Origin: an uncultured Gemmatimonadales bacterium
GTDB lineage: Bacteria > Gemmatimonadota > Gemmatimonadetes > Gemmatimonadales > GWC2-71-9
DNA length: 64,000 nucleotides
Assembly: GCA_963828735.1 (NCBI GenBank)
Contig: CAWHFW010000002.1
Span: 992,881-1,056,880 of the forward strand
Direction of reading: 5' to 3'
Shown: piece by piece, positions 51,324 to 61,233 of the stretch
Position numbering within the stretch: the stretch's first letter is position 1
Layout: the number at the start of each line of letters is the position of its first letter
Notes under the pieces: generated by a model
Told to the model about the DNA's origin: nothing
Database searches by the model: none
The model's input: the letters and a program-made list of their open reading frames with translations, nothing else
Position numbers and translations under genes: made by a program

Positions 51324-52007
51324 TGACCGCGCTCGCCCGTCTCCGCCGCCGGCCCCTCCGCTGCTTGCTCGCGACGGCCGTTGCGCTGGCCGCCACGGCC
51401 GTCGCCGCGCACGCGCAGGCGGCCGGCGAGCGTCCGGCTCACGGTCCGGCTCGCCACGGACTCGCTCCCTTCGGGATCCCGCGCGCCGGTGGTCCGCTCG
51501 GAAAACCTGCTGAACGACGGGCGATGGCTGGGCGCCCTGCGATCGGGGCTCCCCGTGCGGCTGCACTACACGGTAGGCGTGTGGCGCTCCCGGGGCGGCT
51601 GGTTCGACGCGTTCGAGCGCCAGGCCGAGTGGGACGTCGTGCTGCGCCACGAGCCCCTGCTCGACCAGTATACCGTCCTGACCCTGGTGGGGGACCGCGC
51701 GCGGGAGCGGCGCTACGCCACGATCGACGCCCTCAGCGCGGCGCTCGCCTTCGCCTACCAGGTGAGCGTGCAGCCTGCTCAAGCGGGTCGTTACTATTAC
51801 ACCGCCTCAGTCGGGATCTCGACGCTGTCCGACTCCGATCTCGACGAGCTGCAGCGGTTTCTCGAGGGTGACCTGGACGAGGTAGCCGAGGGGAAGGAGG
51901 GCGTGGGCGAGGCGCTGGGCCGCGGGGCCACCCGATTCCTGCTCCGGCTGGCGGGCCTCCCGAGTCTTCGACTCGAGGTCCGGAGTCAAACGTTCGACGT
52001 CCGCTGA
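51323..52007 (+). CDS. DUF4390-like periplasmic protein (frameshift near 51423)
   Basis: Signal peptide (GTG 51323) in one frame; mature domain (L.SGLPV.L.Y..W..GWFD..EPL..QY) in the next. Confidence 0.6.
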
Positions 52008-52041
52008 GGCGGACGCTGCCCTGCTTCAAGGAGACTTTCCG

Positions 52042-53352
52042 ATGAGCTCGGTGGCAGCCATTCCTGCGCTCGTGATCGCGACCCGCGCCCGACGGCGGGA
52101 GCAGTGGCTGAGTCCGGAGGACCTCCGGGATCGGCGCGTGGCTCGCCTGCGGCGGCTCGCCGCCGCGGCGGCGCGAGCGCCTTTTTGGGCCGCCGTGTTC
52201 GAGAAGACTGGGGTACGGCCCGACGTCATCGATGACGACGAAGGCCTCCAGTGTCTCCCAATCCTCGACAAGACCACGGTGCGGGATCGGGGCACGGAGC
52301 TGCTGACGACGGCCGTGACGAAGCTCTTCACCGTGCGCACGTCGGGCTCCTCGGGACTGCCGGCCATGTTCTACCGCAGCGAGCGCGACCAGGCCGAGAT
52401 CTCCGCGATCCACGGCCGAATCGCGTCGGTCTTCGGGCGGCGCACGTTCGACCGCCAGGTCAGTATCGGGTCGGGAGTCCCGACGGCGACCAAAGGCCCC
52501 ATCGCGTATCTTCGAAAGCTCGGCGTGCTGCCCCCGATGCACCGGATGTCGAGCCACGATCCACTGGAGGCGCAGGTGGCCGCGGTGCGGCGACTTCGTC
52601 CCCAGGCGATCAACGGCTACTCAGCGGCCCTTGAGCAGCTGGCCGAGGCCACGCTCGCGGCGGGTGTCACGGATATCCGTCCTCGCCTGGTCTATACGGG
52701 ATCGATGCCGACGACCGAGCGGTGCCGCGCGGTGGTGGCCGAGGCGTTCGGCGTGCGGCCGCTCGACGTCTACGCGATGGTGGAGTCGGGGCCCATCGCA
52801 TTCGAGTGCCCCCATCGCCCGGGCGACTATCATCTGAACGACGACGTGCAGATCGTGGAGATCGTGGACCACGAGGGGCGCCGCGTCCCCGATGGCGAGA
52901 CCGGCGAGGTGGTCATCACCCCCCTCACCCTCACGGCGCAGCCGCTGCTGCGCTATCGCGCCGGGGACCTCGTCGCGCGACGGCCCTACTCCTGTGGCTG
53001 CGGCCGCGGGCTCGCGCTGATCGGCCCCGTCGAGGGGCGGGCCCGGATGATCATCCGCACTCCCGACGGCCGGGCGTTGAACCAGGCCGGATTCGGCTCG
53101 GCGTTCCGGGGGCACCATGGGGTCCAGCGCTGGCAGGTCCGACAGACCGCCCCTGACGCACTGCACGTCCTTGTCGTCACCCAGCCCCCGTGGGCCGACA
53201 CCGGACGCGAGCAGACGCTGGCGCTGCTGACGGCCCGCGTGGGCACCGCGATGCGAGTCGAGGTGGAAAGCGTCGAGGACATCCCACTGACGGCGGGCGG
53301 CAAATTCCAGGCGATCGTCCCACTGCCGGAAGACGGAGCACCCCAGGACTAG
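52042..53352 (+). CDS. Phenylacetate-CoA ligase / CapK-like adenylate-forming enzyme
   Basis: LPILDK, TSGSSG.P, YAMVE.G.IAFEC, PLLRY..GD, GKF; AGGAGA RBS. Confidence 0.85.
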   Translation: MSSVAAIPALVIATRARRREQWLSPEDLRDRRVARLRRLAAAAARAPFWAAVFEKTGVRPDVIDDDEGLQCLPILDKTTVRDRGTELLTTAVTKLFTVRTSGSSGLPAMFYRSERDQAEISAIHGRIASVFGRRTFDRQVSIGSGVPTATKGPIAYLRKLGVLPPMHRMSSHDPLEAQVAAVRRLRPQAINGYSAALEQLAEATLAAGVTDIRPRLVYTGSMPTTERCRAVVAEAFGVRPLDVYAMVESGPIAFECPHRPGDYHLNDDVQIVEIVDHEGRRVPDGETGEVVITPLTLTAQPLLRYRAGDLVARRPYSCGCGRGLALIGPVEGRARMIIRTPDGRALNQAGFGSAFRGHHGVQRWQVRQTAPDALHVLVVTQPPWADTGREQTLALLTARVGTAMRVEVESVEDIPLTAGGKFQAIVPLPEDGAPQD

Positions 53353-53508
53353 ATGTGCCTCGTTCAGGTCCGCGCGCGAGATGGCGGGTGCGTGGAGATC
53401 GTGGACATTGCAGGAGGTCTGCCGTGCAGAAGAATCGCGACTACGAGGCCGGGCGAATTCCAGGCATCGCTCGGCTGCCCCGCGAGCGGGTCGGCGGGCC
53501 GAGGCGGC

Positions 53509-54099
53509 CTAGATCGTCCCCCCCAGCGCGCGCAGCGCCTCGTCGCCGTAGAACAGCTTGATGTACTTGGCCTGCGCCAAGGAGAGGCGGCGCACCGCCC
53601 AGGAGAGATGCACGAAGTGCGGCTCGCGCGGCGTCATCAACGGATGCATGCCGCACTCTTCGGGCAAATGATTCCCCTTCCGCGTATTGCACGCGCTGCA
53701 CGCGGTCACCACGTTGGTCCACTCGTTGTCGCCCCCTCGCGAGAGCGGGATCAGATGGTCCCGCGTCAGGCACTCGCGGTGGCGCAGCTCGGTCTGCCCC
53801 CGGTGGCAATACTGGCACCGGTAGCTGTCGCGGGCGAAGAGGAATGTGTTGGTGACTTGGCGGCGGAAGCGGCGGGGGACATGCACGAACTTGACCAGCC
53901 TGATGATGGCTGGCTTCGGTAGTGTGAGGCGCTCACTTCGCACCACATCGTTCGCATCCGATTCGACGATCTCCGCCTTGCCCTCGATGACCAGCCTGAG
54001 GGCCCGCCGGACGGGGACCATCGTCAAGGGCTCGAACGACGCGTTCAACGCCAAGCACCGCACGCGCGATCTCCGCAGCGGAATGGATGGAGGATGCAC
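53509..54099 (-). CDS. HNH endonuclease (McrA-like)
   Basis: LALNASFEPL, RD.YRCQYC, T.DH.IP.SRGG..W.NVVTAC..CN..K; may start at 54063. Confidence 0.92.
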   Translation of the reverse strand: MHPPSIPLRRSRVRCLALNASFEPLTMVPVRRALRLVIEGKAEIVESDANDVVRSERLTLPKPAIIRLVKFVHVPRRFRRQVTNTFLFARDSYRCQYCHRGQTELRHRECLTRDHLIPLSRGGDNEWTNVVTACSACNTRKGNHLPEECGMHPLMTPREPHFVHLSWAVRRLSLAQAKYIKLFYGDEALRALGGTI

Positions 54100-54225
54100 G
54101 AATCCCGTCTCGCTCGCTCCAGCAGGGGCGGGCCCGACGGGAGGCTCGGCGGCATCCCTCGCCTAGGACAGGTTGCCACCCTTTTCAAGCGTAACCCACC
54201 CCGTAAGTCCCGGCAAGGGAGGGCG

Positions 54226-54672
54226 TTACTTCTTGACCAGCGCCTGGATGCGCTGGGCGATCGTCTCGCGAACGCGCTGGCTGCGCGTGATCACCAGCAC
54301 CGTGTCGTCCCCGGCGATGGTGCCGATGATCTCGGCCCAGCCCGCCTGGTCCAGGGCCTCGGTGATCGCACCGGCCGAGCCGCTGGCCGTCTTGAGCACG
54401 AGCAGCGGGCCCACCCCGTCCACGCTCACGAGCAGCGCGGGAAGCACCTGCGCCAGGTCGGGTCGTACCGCCGCGCGATGCGGATGGGTGTAGAATGCGC
54501 CGCCCTGCGGGTCGGCCAGCTTGGCGAGCCCGAGCTCGCGGATGTCCCGCGACAACGTGGCCTGGGTGACCGTGAATCCTTCGGTCGCCAGGACTTCCCG
54601 AAGCTCGTCCTGGCTCTCGATGCGCCGCTCCCGGACGACGCGCAGGATCGCGGCGTGGCGCTGGATCTTCAC
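54226..54672 (-). CDS. argR: Arginine repressor
   Basis: SQDEL, VTQATLSRDI.ELG, GTIAGDDT. Confidence 0.93.
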   Translation of the reverse strand: MKIQRHAAILRVVRERRIESQDELREVLATEGFTVTQATLSRDIRELGLAKLADPQGGAFYTHPHRAAVRPDLAQVLPALLVSVDGVGPLLVLKTASGSAGAITEALDQAGWAEIIGTIAGDDTVLVITRSQRVRETIAQRIQALVKK

Positions 54673-55916
54673 AGCGGTTGGCTGTTGCGATACACGTCCC
54701 GTCCTCCCACGAAAGTGGCCAGTACGTCCCGCGGGCCGCTCGCGAGCACCATCGCCTCGGGAGCGGCCGGTGCACCATCCCGCCGCCGGATCACGACGCA
54801 ATCTCCCCACTTGCCGGCCCGCAAACCGCCGATCTCCGCGTCCAGACCGAGCGCGCGAGCGCCGTCGAGCGTACAGAGCGCGAGCGCCCGACTCGGGCCG
54901 AGTCCGGCGAGCGCGCTGGCGGCGCGTGCCTCGGCCAGCAGATCGAGCTCGCCGACACTCGCGACGGAGTCCGTCCCGATGCCCATCCGGATCCGCGCGG
55001 CAAGCAGCGCCGCCAGGGGCGCGTCGCCGTGCCCGTGGGCGCGGTTGGAGCGGGGGCAATGCGCCACGGCCGCACCGGCCATGGCCAGCCGCCCCACGTC
55101 CAGAGCCGTCGCCTGGACGACGTGGATGCAGAGCGTGCGCGACGAGAGCACCCCGTGATCGTCGAGCCACTCCACCGGCGTTCGCCCCAACGGCGCCGGC
55201 ATGGGGATGCCGCGACCGCGCCACGCCGTCGCGAATGGTCCCGCGGCCCTCGCCAGCAGGGCGCTCTCGGCGGGCGACTCCGCCAGGTGCACCGCGACGG
55301 GCAGATCCATCGCTCGGGCCCACTCACCGGTGGCGCGATAGAGCCGACCACTCACGGTGTAGGGCGCGTGCGGGGAGATGCCCATCCGCACCCGCCCGAC
55401 GGCGAATCGCGACAGCACGTCCACCCTTTGCTGGAGACCAAGCAGGCTCTCCTCGCACTGATCCGGGTGGGGGCCGAACACCTCCTGGTACGCGATCCCC
55501 GACCCGCCGGCCTCGGCCAGGGCCTGGATGACCGCGCCCGAGTCGCCCGTGTCCGCGACGGTGGTGACGCCTGCGGCCCAGCAGTCCGCGAGCCCGCGGC
55601 GCGCGGCCCCCAGAAACGCCTCGGGCGCGACCATCGCCTTGGCGGCCCGCAGGTGTTGAATCCAGGAGGCGAATTCCGGCTCCGGCGGATCGCCCGCCAT
55701 GCCGGTCAGTTCGAGATGCGTGTGCGTATTGATCAGGCCGGGGAGCAGCAGGGCGTCCCCGAAGTCTTCTGCCGACACGCCGGCGGGCCGGGCTACGCGC
55801 GAGTCCGGCCCAACGGCAACGATCCGACCATCCGCACCGACGAGCACCGCGCCATGCTCGACCGGCGGAGCCTCGATCGGAAGCACCCACCGCGCGGACA
55901 GCCGGCGGGCGCGCAC
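54669..55916 (-). CDS. Metal-dependent amidohydrolase (nucleoside deaminase-like)
   Basis: PGLINTHTHLE, SPHAPY, HLAES, HCPRSN, GTDS. Confidence 0.9.
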   Translation of the reverse strand: MRARRLSARWVLPIEAPPVEHGAVLVGADGRIVAVGPDSRVARPAGVSAEDFGDALLLPGLINTHTHLELTGMAGDPPEPEFASWIQHLRAAKAMVAPEAFLGAARRGLADCWAAGVTTVADTGDSGAVIQALAEAGGSGIAYQEVFGPHPDQCEESLLGLQQRVDVLSRFAVGRVRMGISPHAPYTVSGRLYRATGEWARAMDLPVAVHLAESPAESALLARAAGPFATAWRGRGIPMPAPLGRTPVEWLDDHGVLSSRTLCIHVVQATALDVGRLAMAGAAVAHCPRSNRAHGHGDAPLAALLAARIRMGIGTDSVASVGELDLLAEARAASALAGLGPSRALALCTLDGARALGLDAEIGGLRAGKWGDCVVIRRRDGAPAAPEAMVLASGPRDVLATFVGGRDVYRNSQPL

Positions 55917-55917
55917 T

Positions 55918-58206
55918 TCAGCGCTTGGGATTCGGCGACGGCCCCGTTCCCCCCATCACTCCGGTCGTGGCGCCAGGGGCCTGGGTCGCCGGCGGCGTGG
56001 GCGTCGTCGGGTGGACGCCCGGCGGCAGCGGCGCGGTGGGCTGCGGTGCGCCATCCGGTGCCGTGCCTCCCATCGGGGCTGCGACTCCGCCCACCGCGCC
56101 GAACGGCGAGTGGATGGGACAGAACGCCGTGGGCTCGGTGCCCGGGATGAAGGACTCGATGTAGTGGACATCCTTCGGGCAGAATGGCGTCGCCTTGTAG
56201 CCAGTCGTCTTGTCGATGTCGAGAGCGGTGAGTCCGTCCGGGCGCGGCCACGCGGCAGGGATCGCCCGGCGCTCGTACACCTCGCGCATCATCGCGGTCC
56301 AGGCGGGCGCCGCGAGCACCCCGCCCTGCGCGTTCGCCTTGATCTTCCGCGGCTGGTCGAACCCGATCCAGACGCCCGTCACGAGGTCCGGCGTGAAGCC
56401 GATGTACCAGACGTCGAAGCCGTCGTTGGTGGTGCCGGTCTTGCCGCCCGCGGGGAAATTGATGCGCGCGCCGACCGAGCCCACCGCGGTCCCGTGCCTC
56501 ACCACGTCGCGCAGCGCGTCGGTCATGAGCCACGCGTGCGCCGTGTCCATGACCGAAACGGAGCGCACCTGCGGCTGCCAGACGATCTTGCCGTTGCGGT
56601 CTTCGACCCGGAGGATGGCGTTCGGCAGGGTGCGGGTGCCGAGGTTGGCGAAGGTCGTGTAGGCGGAGATCATCTCGAGCGGAATCACGTCCGCCGAGCC
56701 GATGTGGATCGAGGGATAGGGCGGAACGCGCGTCGTGATGCCGAACTTGGTGGCCTCGCTGATCACCGCGTCCTCGCCGATCTCCATGCCCAGCTTGATG
56801 GCGATGATGTTGCGCGACATGTAGAGCGCGCGGCGCAGGGTCATCGGCCCATCGAACTCGAGATCGTAGTTCTGCGGCGCCCAGGGCGCCTCGTCGGTCG
56901 CGATCTCCACCGTGAGCGGGTCGTCCACCATCACGTGCGAGAGCGGGTAGCCCGCCTCGAGCGCCGCCGCGTAGACGATGGGCTTGAAGGTCGAGCCCGG
57001 CTGACGCAGGGCCTGCGTCGCGCGGTTGAACTTGCTGTCCTCGAAATCGCGTCCTCCGACCATCGCCCGGATATTGCCCGTCTTGGCGTCGAGAGTCACC
57101 ACCAGGCCCTGCAGATAGGGCGTCATGGTGCGGCTGCCGTCGTCGGGGGTGTCGGCGCGGGAGTCGAGATACTGCCGGTAGGTCGGCCAGGTGAATTTGC
57201 CGTCCGCCCCGCTCTCGATCGCCTCGAGGCGGGCCTCGAGCGCCCGCTCGGCAGCCTGCTGGGTGTCGAGATCGAGGGTGGTGTAGACGCGATAGCCCGA
57301 CTTGTAGAGATCGGCGCCGAAGCGGGCGTCGAGCTGCTGCCGGACGTACTCGACGAAGTACTGGGCGACGCCGCTGAAATCCGAGTGCGAGGACAGCAGG
57401 AGCGGATACGCCTTCCACCGCTCGGTGTCCTCGGCGGAGAGCAGCCCGTTGTCCCGCAGCAGGTTCAGCACCGTGTTCCGGCGCTGCACGCTCAGGTTGG
57501 GATTCCGGCGAGGATTGTAGCGGGACGGCGCCTTCGGGATGGCGGCGAGGGTCGCGGCTTCGGCGACGTTGAGGTCGCGCACCGACTTGCCAAAGTACCG
57601 CTGGGAGGCCGCCTCGACCCCGAACGCACGGTTCCCGAGATCGATCTGGTTGAGGTAGAGCTCGAGAATCTTCTCCTTCGGGTACTTCGCCTCGATCTCC
57701 CGCGCGACCTGAGCTTCCCGCAGCTTCCGCCGCAAGGTCTTGTCCCGCCCGCTGATGTCCTCGGGCCACAGATTCCGGGCCAGCTGCATCGTGATGGTCG
57801 AGAACCCCTCGGCCACACGGAACTTGGTGATGTTGTTCTTGATGGCGCCGAGGACCCGATACCAGTCGATCCCGTGATGCTCGTAGAAGCGCTTGTCCTC
57901 GGTCGTAATGAACGCCGCCTTCACGTAGGGCGACATCTCGCCGAGGGGTACCACGGTCCGGCGCTCGAGCCCGAGGTCGGTGATGAGCCGCCCGTCCGCC
58001 GCGTAGACCTTGGAGGCCTGGTTGGGATCGTACCCGCCGAGCTCGGCGATGGAGGGACAGCTGTTTCCGGCGCAGGCGCGCGTCCAGAGCGCCGTGAGGA
58101 CGGCGAGCCCAAAGGCGAGGACTGCGAGAAACGAGACCAGGACGATGCGGCGGGCGCGCGAGGAGTGCCAAACGCGCTGCAGGACGCTCAGTTGCCGGCG
58201 GGCCAT
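55918..58206 (-). CDS. mrcA: Class A penicillin-binding protein 1A
   Basis: [37 protein letters not shown]. Confidence 0.93.
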   Translation of the reverse strand: MARRQLSVLQRVWHSSRARRIVLVSFLAVLAFGLAVLTALWTRACAGNSCPSIAELGGYDPNQASKVYAADGRLITDLGLERRTVVPLGEMSPYVKAAFITTEDKRFYEHHGIDWYRVLGAIKNNITKFRVAEGFSTITMQLARNLWPEDISGRDKTLRRKLREAQVAREIEAKYPKEKILELYLNQIDLGNRAFGVEAASQRYFGKSVRDLNVAEAATLAAIPKAPSRYNPRRNPNLSVQRRNTVLNLLRDNGLLSAEDTERWKAYPLLLSSHSDFSGVAQYFVEYVRQQLDARFGADLYKSGYRVYTTLDLDTQQAAERALEARLEAIESGADGKFTWPTYRQYLDSRADTPDDGSRTMTPYLQGLVVTLDAKTGNIRAMVGGRDFEDSKFNRATQALRQPGSTFKPIVYAAALEAGYPLSHVMVDDPLTVEIATDEAPWAPQNYDLEFDGPMTLRRALYMSRNIIAIKLGMEIGEDAVISEATKFGITTRVPPYPSIHIGSADVIPLEMISAYTTFANLGTRTLPNAILRVEDRNGKIVWQPQVRSVSVMDTAHAWLMTDALRDVVRHGTAVGSVGARINFPAGGKTGTTNDGFDVWYIGFTPDLVTGVWIGFDQPRKIKANAQGGVLAAPAWTAMMREVYERRAIPAAWPRPDGLTALDIDKTTGYKATPFCPKDVHYIESFIPGTEPTAFCPIHSPFGAVGGVAAPMGGTAPDGAPQPTAPLPPGVHPTTPTPPATQAPGATTGVMGGTGPSPNPKR

Positions 58207-58213
58207 ATCCCCC

Positions 58214-58253
58214 AAGCTAGCCGGTTGCGGGGCACGTTTCCAGCGGGTACGAT
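58214..58253. promoter_or_regulatory. Divergent promoter region PBP1A/tyrS (leaderless-type)
   Basis: TTGCGG-17-TACGAT 8 nt before tyrS ATG; TAGCTT on minus 7 nt before PBP1A ATG. Confidence 0.55.
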
Positions 58254-58261
58254 ACGCGCCT

Positions 58262-59527
58262 ATGACCGATCTTCTCGAGTTGTTGACCGCCCGCGGCTTC
58301 GTGCAGGAGCAGACGCCCGGGCTGGCCGAGCGGCTGCGCCAGGGCCCGATCACGGCCTACGTCGGGTTCGATCCCACGGCGGACTCGCTGCACGTCGGAA
58401 GCCTCGTGCCGGTCATGGGGATGGCCTGGCTGCAGCGGCTGGGGAACGTGCCCATCACGCTGGTGGGTGGCGGCACCGGCATGGTGGGCGACCCGAGCGG
58501 AAAGCGGGCCGAGCGCCCGGTCATGACCCTGGAGCAGATCGACCGGAACGCGCGGGGCCTCATGCGGCAGCTTCAGCGGTTCCTCTCCTTCGAGGGCGCC
58601 AACGCCGCCCGGCTCCGGAACAATGCCGACTGGCTCCGGAACCTCCCCCTGATGGAGTTTCTGCGCGATACCGGCAAGCACTTCACCCTCAGCCTGATGC
58701 TGGGCAAGGAGTCGGTCTCCAGCCGCATGGCCGAGGGGATCTCGTTCACCGAGTTCAGCTACATGCTGATCCAGGCGTACGACTTCTGGCACCTGTTCAA
58801 GACCGAGGGCTGCGAGCTGCAGATGGGCGGCAGCGACCAGTGGGGCAACATCACCGCCGGCACTCACCTGGTGGGCAAGCGCGAAGGTCGGGAAGTGCAC
58901 GGTCTGGTCTTTCCGCTGCTCACGACCGCCGCGGGCGGGAAGTTCGGCAAGAGCGAGGGCGAGAACGTCTGGCTCGACCCCGAGCGCACCAGCCCCTACC
59001 ACTTCTATCAGTTCTGGCTCAATACCGACGACCGGGACGTGGAGCGCTACCTCAAGCTCTTCACCTTCCTCCGGCTCGATCGGATCGCCGCGACGATGGC
59101 CGAGCACGCGGCGGAGCCTGGTCGACGCGAGGCCCAGCGGACGCTCGCGCGCGAAGTGACGGCCACGGTACACGGCGCGGCCGCGGCCGAGGCGGCGATC
59201 CAGACCAGCCTCGCCTTGTTCTCGCGCTCGGACGATGGAGGCCTCTCAGCCGAGGCGATCGCCGACATGCCCGAACGCCGGGTGTCGCGTGCCCGGCTGC
59301 CGGAGGGGCTGCCCGTCGTCGAGGTGCTGGTGGCGAGCGGCCTGGCAACCTCCAAGGCGGATGCCCGCCGCGGGATTCAAGGCAAGGGTTTCTATCTCAA
59401 CGGCCGCCCGATCGACGATGTCGAGCTCATGGTCGGCGAGGATGCGCTCCAGGGCCCGCCGGAGGAGCGCTTTCTCATCTTGAGGAAGGGGAAGAAGAAC
59501 TACGTGAGGCTCGTGCTCGAGCCGTAG
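58262..59527 (+). CDS. tyrS: Tyrosine--tRNA ligase
   Basis: [29 protein letters not shown]4-like C-terminus ..RKGKKNY. Confidence 0.98.
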   Translation: MTDLLELLTARGFVQEQTPGLAERLRQGPITAYVGFDPTADSLHVGSLVPVMGMAWLQRLGNVPITLVGGGTGMVGDPSGKRAERPVMTLEQIDRNARGLMRQLQRFLSFEGANAARLRNNADWLRNLPLMEFLRDTGKHFTLSLMLGKESVSSRMAEGISFTEFSYMLIQAYDFWHLFKTEGCELQMGGSDQWGNITAGTHLVGKREGREVHGLVFPLLTTAAGGKFGKSEGENVWLDPERTSPYHFYQFWLNTDDRDVERYLKLFTFLRLDRIAATMAEHAAEPGRREAQRTLAREVTATVHGAAAAEAAIQTSLALFSRSDDGGLSAEAIADMPERRVSRARLPEGLPVVEVLVASGLATSKADARRGIQGKGFYLNGRPIDDVELMVGEDALQGPPEERFLILRKGKKNYVRLVLEP

Positions 59528-59574
59528 CGGCGGAGCGTGTTCATCGCCACCGAGACCCATCGCGACCGGTAGGC

Positions 59575-60065
59575 GCCAGCGCATTCACCTCGCGGCTCTA
59601 CCCCTTGACCCAGGCTTCCTAAATCACGGCGACCAGCGCCTTCTCCGACGTCTTGCGGGGCTCGAGAAAGGAAGGGACTTGAGCCGCGGAGCGGATCGAG
59701 GCTACCCTGGCGCAGCTTGGGGATGCGCAGCTGCAGGCTGCCAAGGCGCGTGTCCAGCGTCCGGTCGCGGTAGCCGTTGCGATAGATCGTGCGCTCGCCG
59801 GATCGTTCGTGTCGGCCGGCGCCGATCAAACCCTCCACGTCGGTCTCCATCAGCAGCTGCACTACGGCCTCGGCCACGCTGCGCAGAAAGTCGCCATCGC
59901 CAGCTTTCGCCAGCAGCTCGGCCAGCGGTAGTCTGTCTTCGGTCATCGGGCCCTCTCGGCCTTTGGGTGAAGCGTTGCAACTCCACCTTAGCCAGCCGAT
60001 CCGATGGCCACCTCCGCCTACACCCTCATGGGCTCCGAATTCCCACCACTCCCGCGGACGCTACC
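59575..60065 (-). mobile_element. Truncated, decayed IS256-family element (one end plus 5' part of transposase, ATG 59946)
   Basis: DFLR..AE..Q.LME.DVEGLIGAGRHERS..YRNGYRDR.LDTRLG.L.LRIPKLRQGS; continuation FLEPRKTSEKALVAVI*EAW out of frame with a premature TAG; end-like GGTAGCGTCC..GTGGTG. Confidence 0.88.
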
Positions 60066-60243
60066 CCTGGCGCGGGGCGATCGTGTCGAGCTGCGCGGCT
60101 TCGGTGCGTTCTCCACCCGCGCGCATAACGAGCGGATCGGGCGCAACCCACGCACCCGCGAGGAGGTAGCCGTGCCCCGCAAGGCTGCTCCATACTTCAA
60201 GACCGGCAAGGAACTGCGCGAGCGCCTCAACCGGCTCCGCTAA
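60066..60243 (+). pseudogene. ihfB: 3' remnant of integration host factor beta gene
   Basis: [40 protein letters not shown]-terminus replaced by the IS end. Confidence 0.85.
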
Positions 60244-60586
60244 CGAATGTGACTTACAGCAGCGATCAGGCTGCACCAGTACGATTAAAGCAGGACTTAT
60301 CGGCAGCGCATCTTGCACTCATTACGCACGAAATAGATGACAATGGATTTCGTTAATCCAGCCACTCGCGATCGTCGCGCCAATCAGACGACGAGCTCCT
60401 TGAGCGGCAGGGCACACCGACCGATTACACCTATCTGCGGTAGATCATGCAAGAATGGGAGGCAAGGATGTGTTTCGTACTCTTGCTTTCTCACCACCTC
60501 CGCGTATTCCTCGCGCAGGAGAAATGGTGTGCCCAGACAAGCGGCCAGCATCGTTCGCATTTGCCGCATTCTTGAAAGGCCAAGCG

Positions 60587-61207
60587 GTGCCGAGACTCAA
60601 GGTGCATTACGATGGCTGGATTGCTTTGCCAGCCGGTTTGCGTCAACAGCTTAAGCTGAACAGTGGCGACCGGCTTGACGCGCAATTGGTTGCTGGCGCC
60701 ATTGTGCTGCGGCCGGTGCATGGAAAGCGGACACCAGCCGAACCTGAGCAAGCGATCAAGTCACCGGCGGTCACCTTGGCTCCGGCACCTTCGCTCGAGA
60801 CGGCAGTGCCGCAGAAACGGCCCCGTGGCCGGCCACGCAAAGTGCAGACTACCGAGCGTCCCTCCGAGCTGATGCTGGCGATAGCGGGAGATCCCCTGCC
60901 CTCGCCCAAGCGCAAGCCCGGCCGACCGCGCAAAGTCCGCCTCGAAGAAGCCGAACCTGCCGCCGAGCGAGCACCCTCCTCCATGGTCGGCGAGAGCACG
61001 CTATGGAAGCTGCGACCAAAGGCTGAGCTGGCGGCGAAAAGCCCTGATCCTGCTCCGTCGCCACCCCGCCGCCCCGAGCCTTCCCGGACGGGCAGCCATG
61101 AGCGCGAGGAGCGGCGGCCGTTCCGCAACGTCGAGATACGCAAGCTCGGTTCAGGGCGAAGGCATAACCGGCTGCAGCGGATGATGAACCCCGCCAAACC
61201 GGGCTGA
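60587..61207 (+). CDS. AbrB/MazE-like DNA-binding protein with AT-hook-like motifs
   Basis: KVHYDGWIALP..LRQQL.L..GD.L..IVLRP; RPRGRPRK and KPGRPRK. Confidence 0.72.
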   Translation: MPRLKVHYDGWIALPAGLRQQLKLNSGDRLDAQLVAGAIVLRPVHGKRTPAEPEQAIKSPAVTLAPAPSLETAVPQKRPRGRPRKVQTTERPSELMLAIAGDPLPSPKRKPGRPRKVRLEEAEPAAERAPSSMVGESTLWKLRPKAELAAKSPDPAPSPPRRPEPSRTGSHEREERRPFRNVEIRKLGSGRRHNRLQRMMNPAKPG

Positions 61208-61233
61208 GCGGTACCACCCCGCACGGACACCAG

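Noticed and set aside
53509..54099. HNH (and NYN at 24948-26546) as an anti-phage defence system
   Set aside because: Both are solitary widespread families in housekeeping context with no defence partners
59528..59600. tRNA or att site at the tyrS junction
   Set aside because: No cloverleaf, direct repeat or integrase recognisable
55699..59622. 1307-aa ORF, the longest in the track
   Set aside because: Antisense to PBP1A and out of frame with tyrS; Arg/Gly-rich GC artefact
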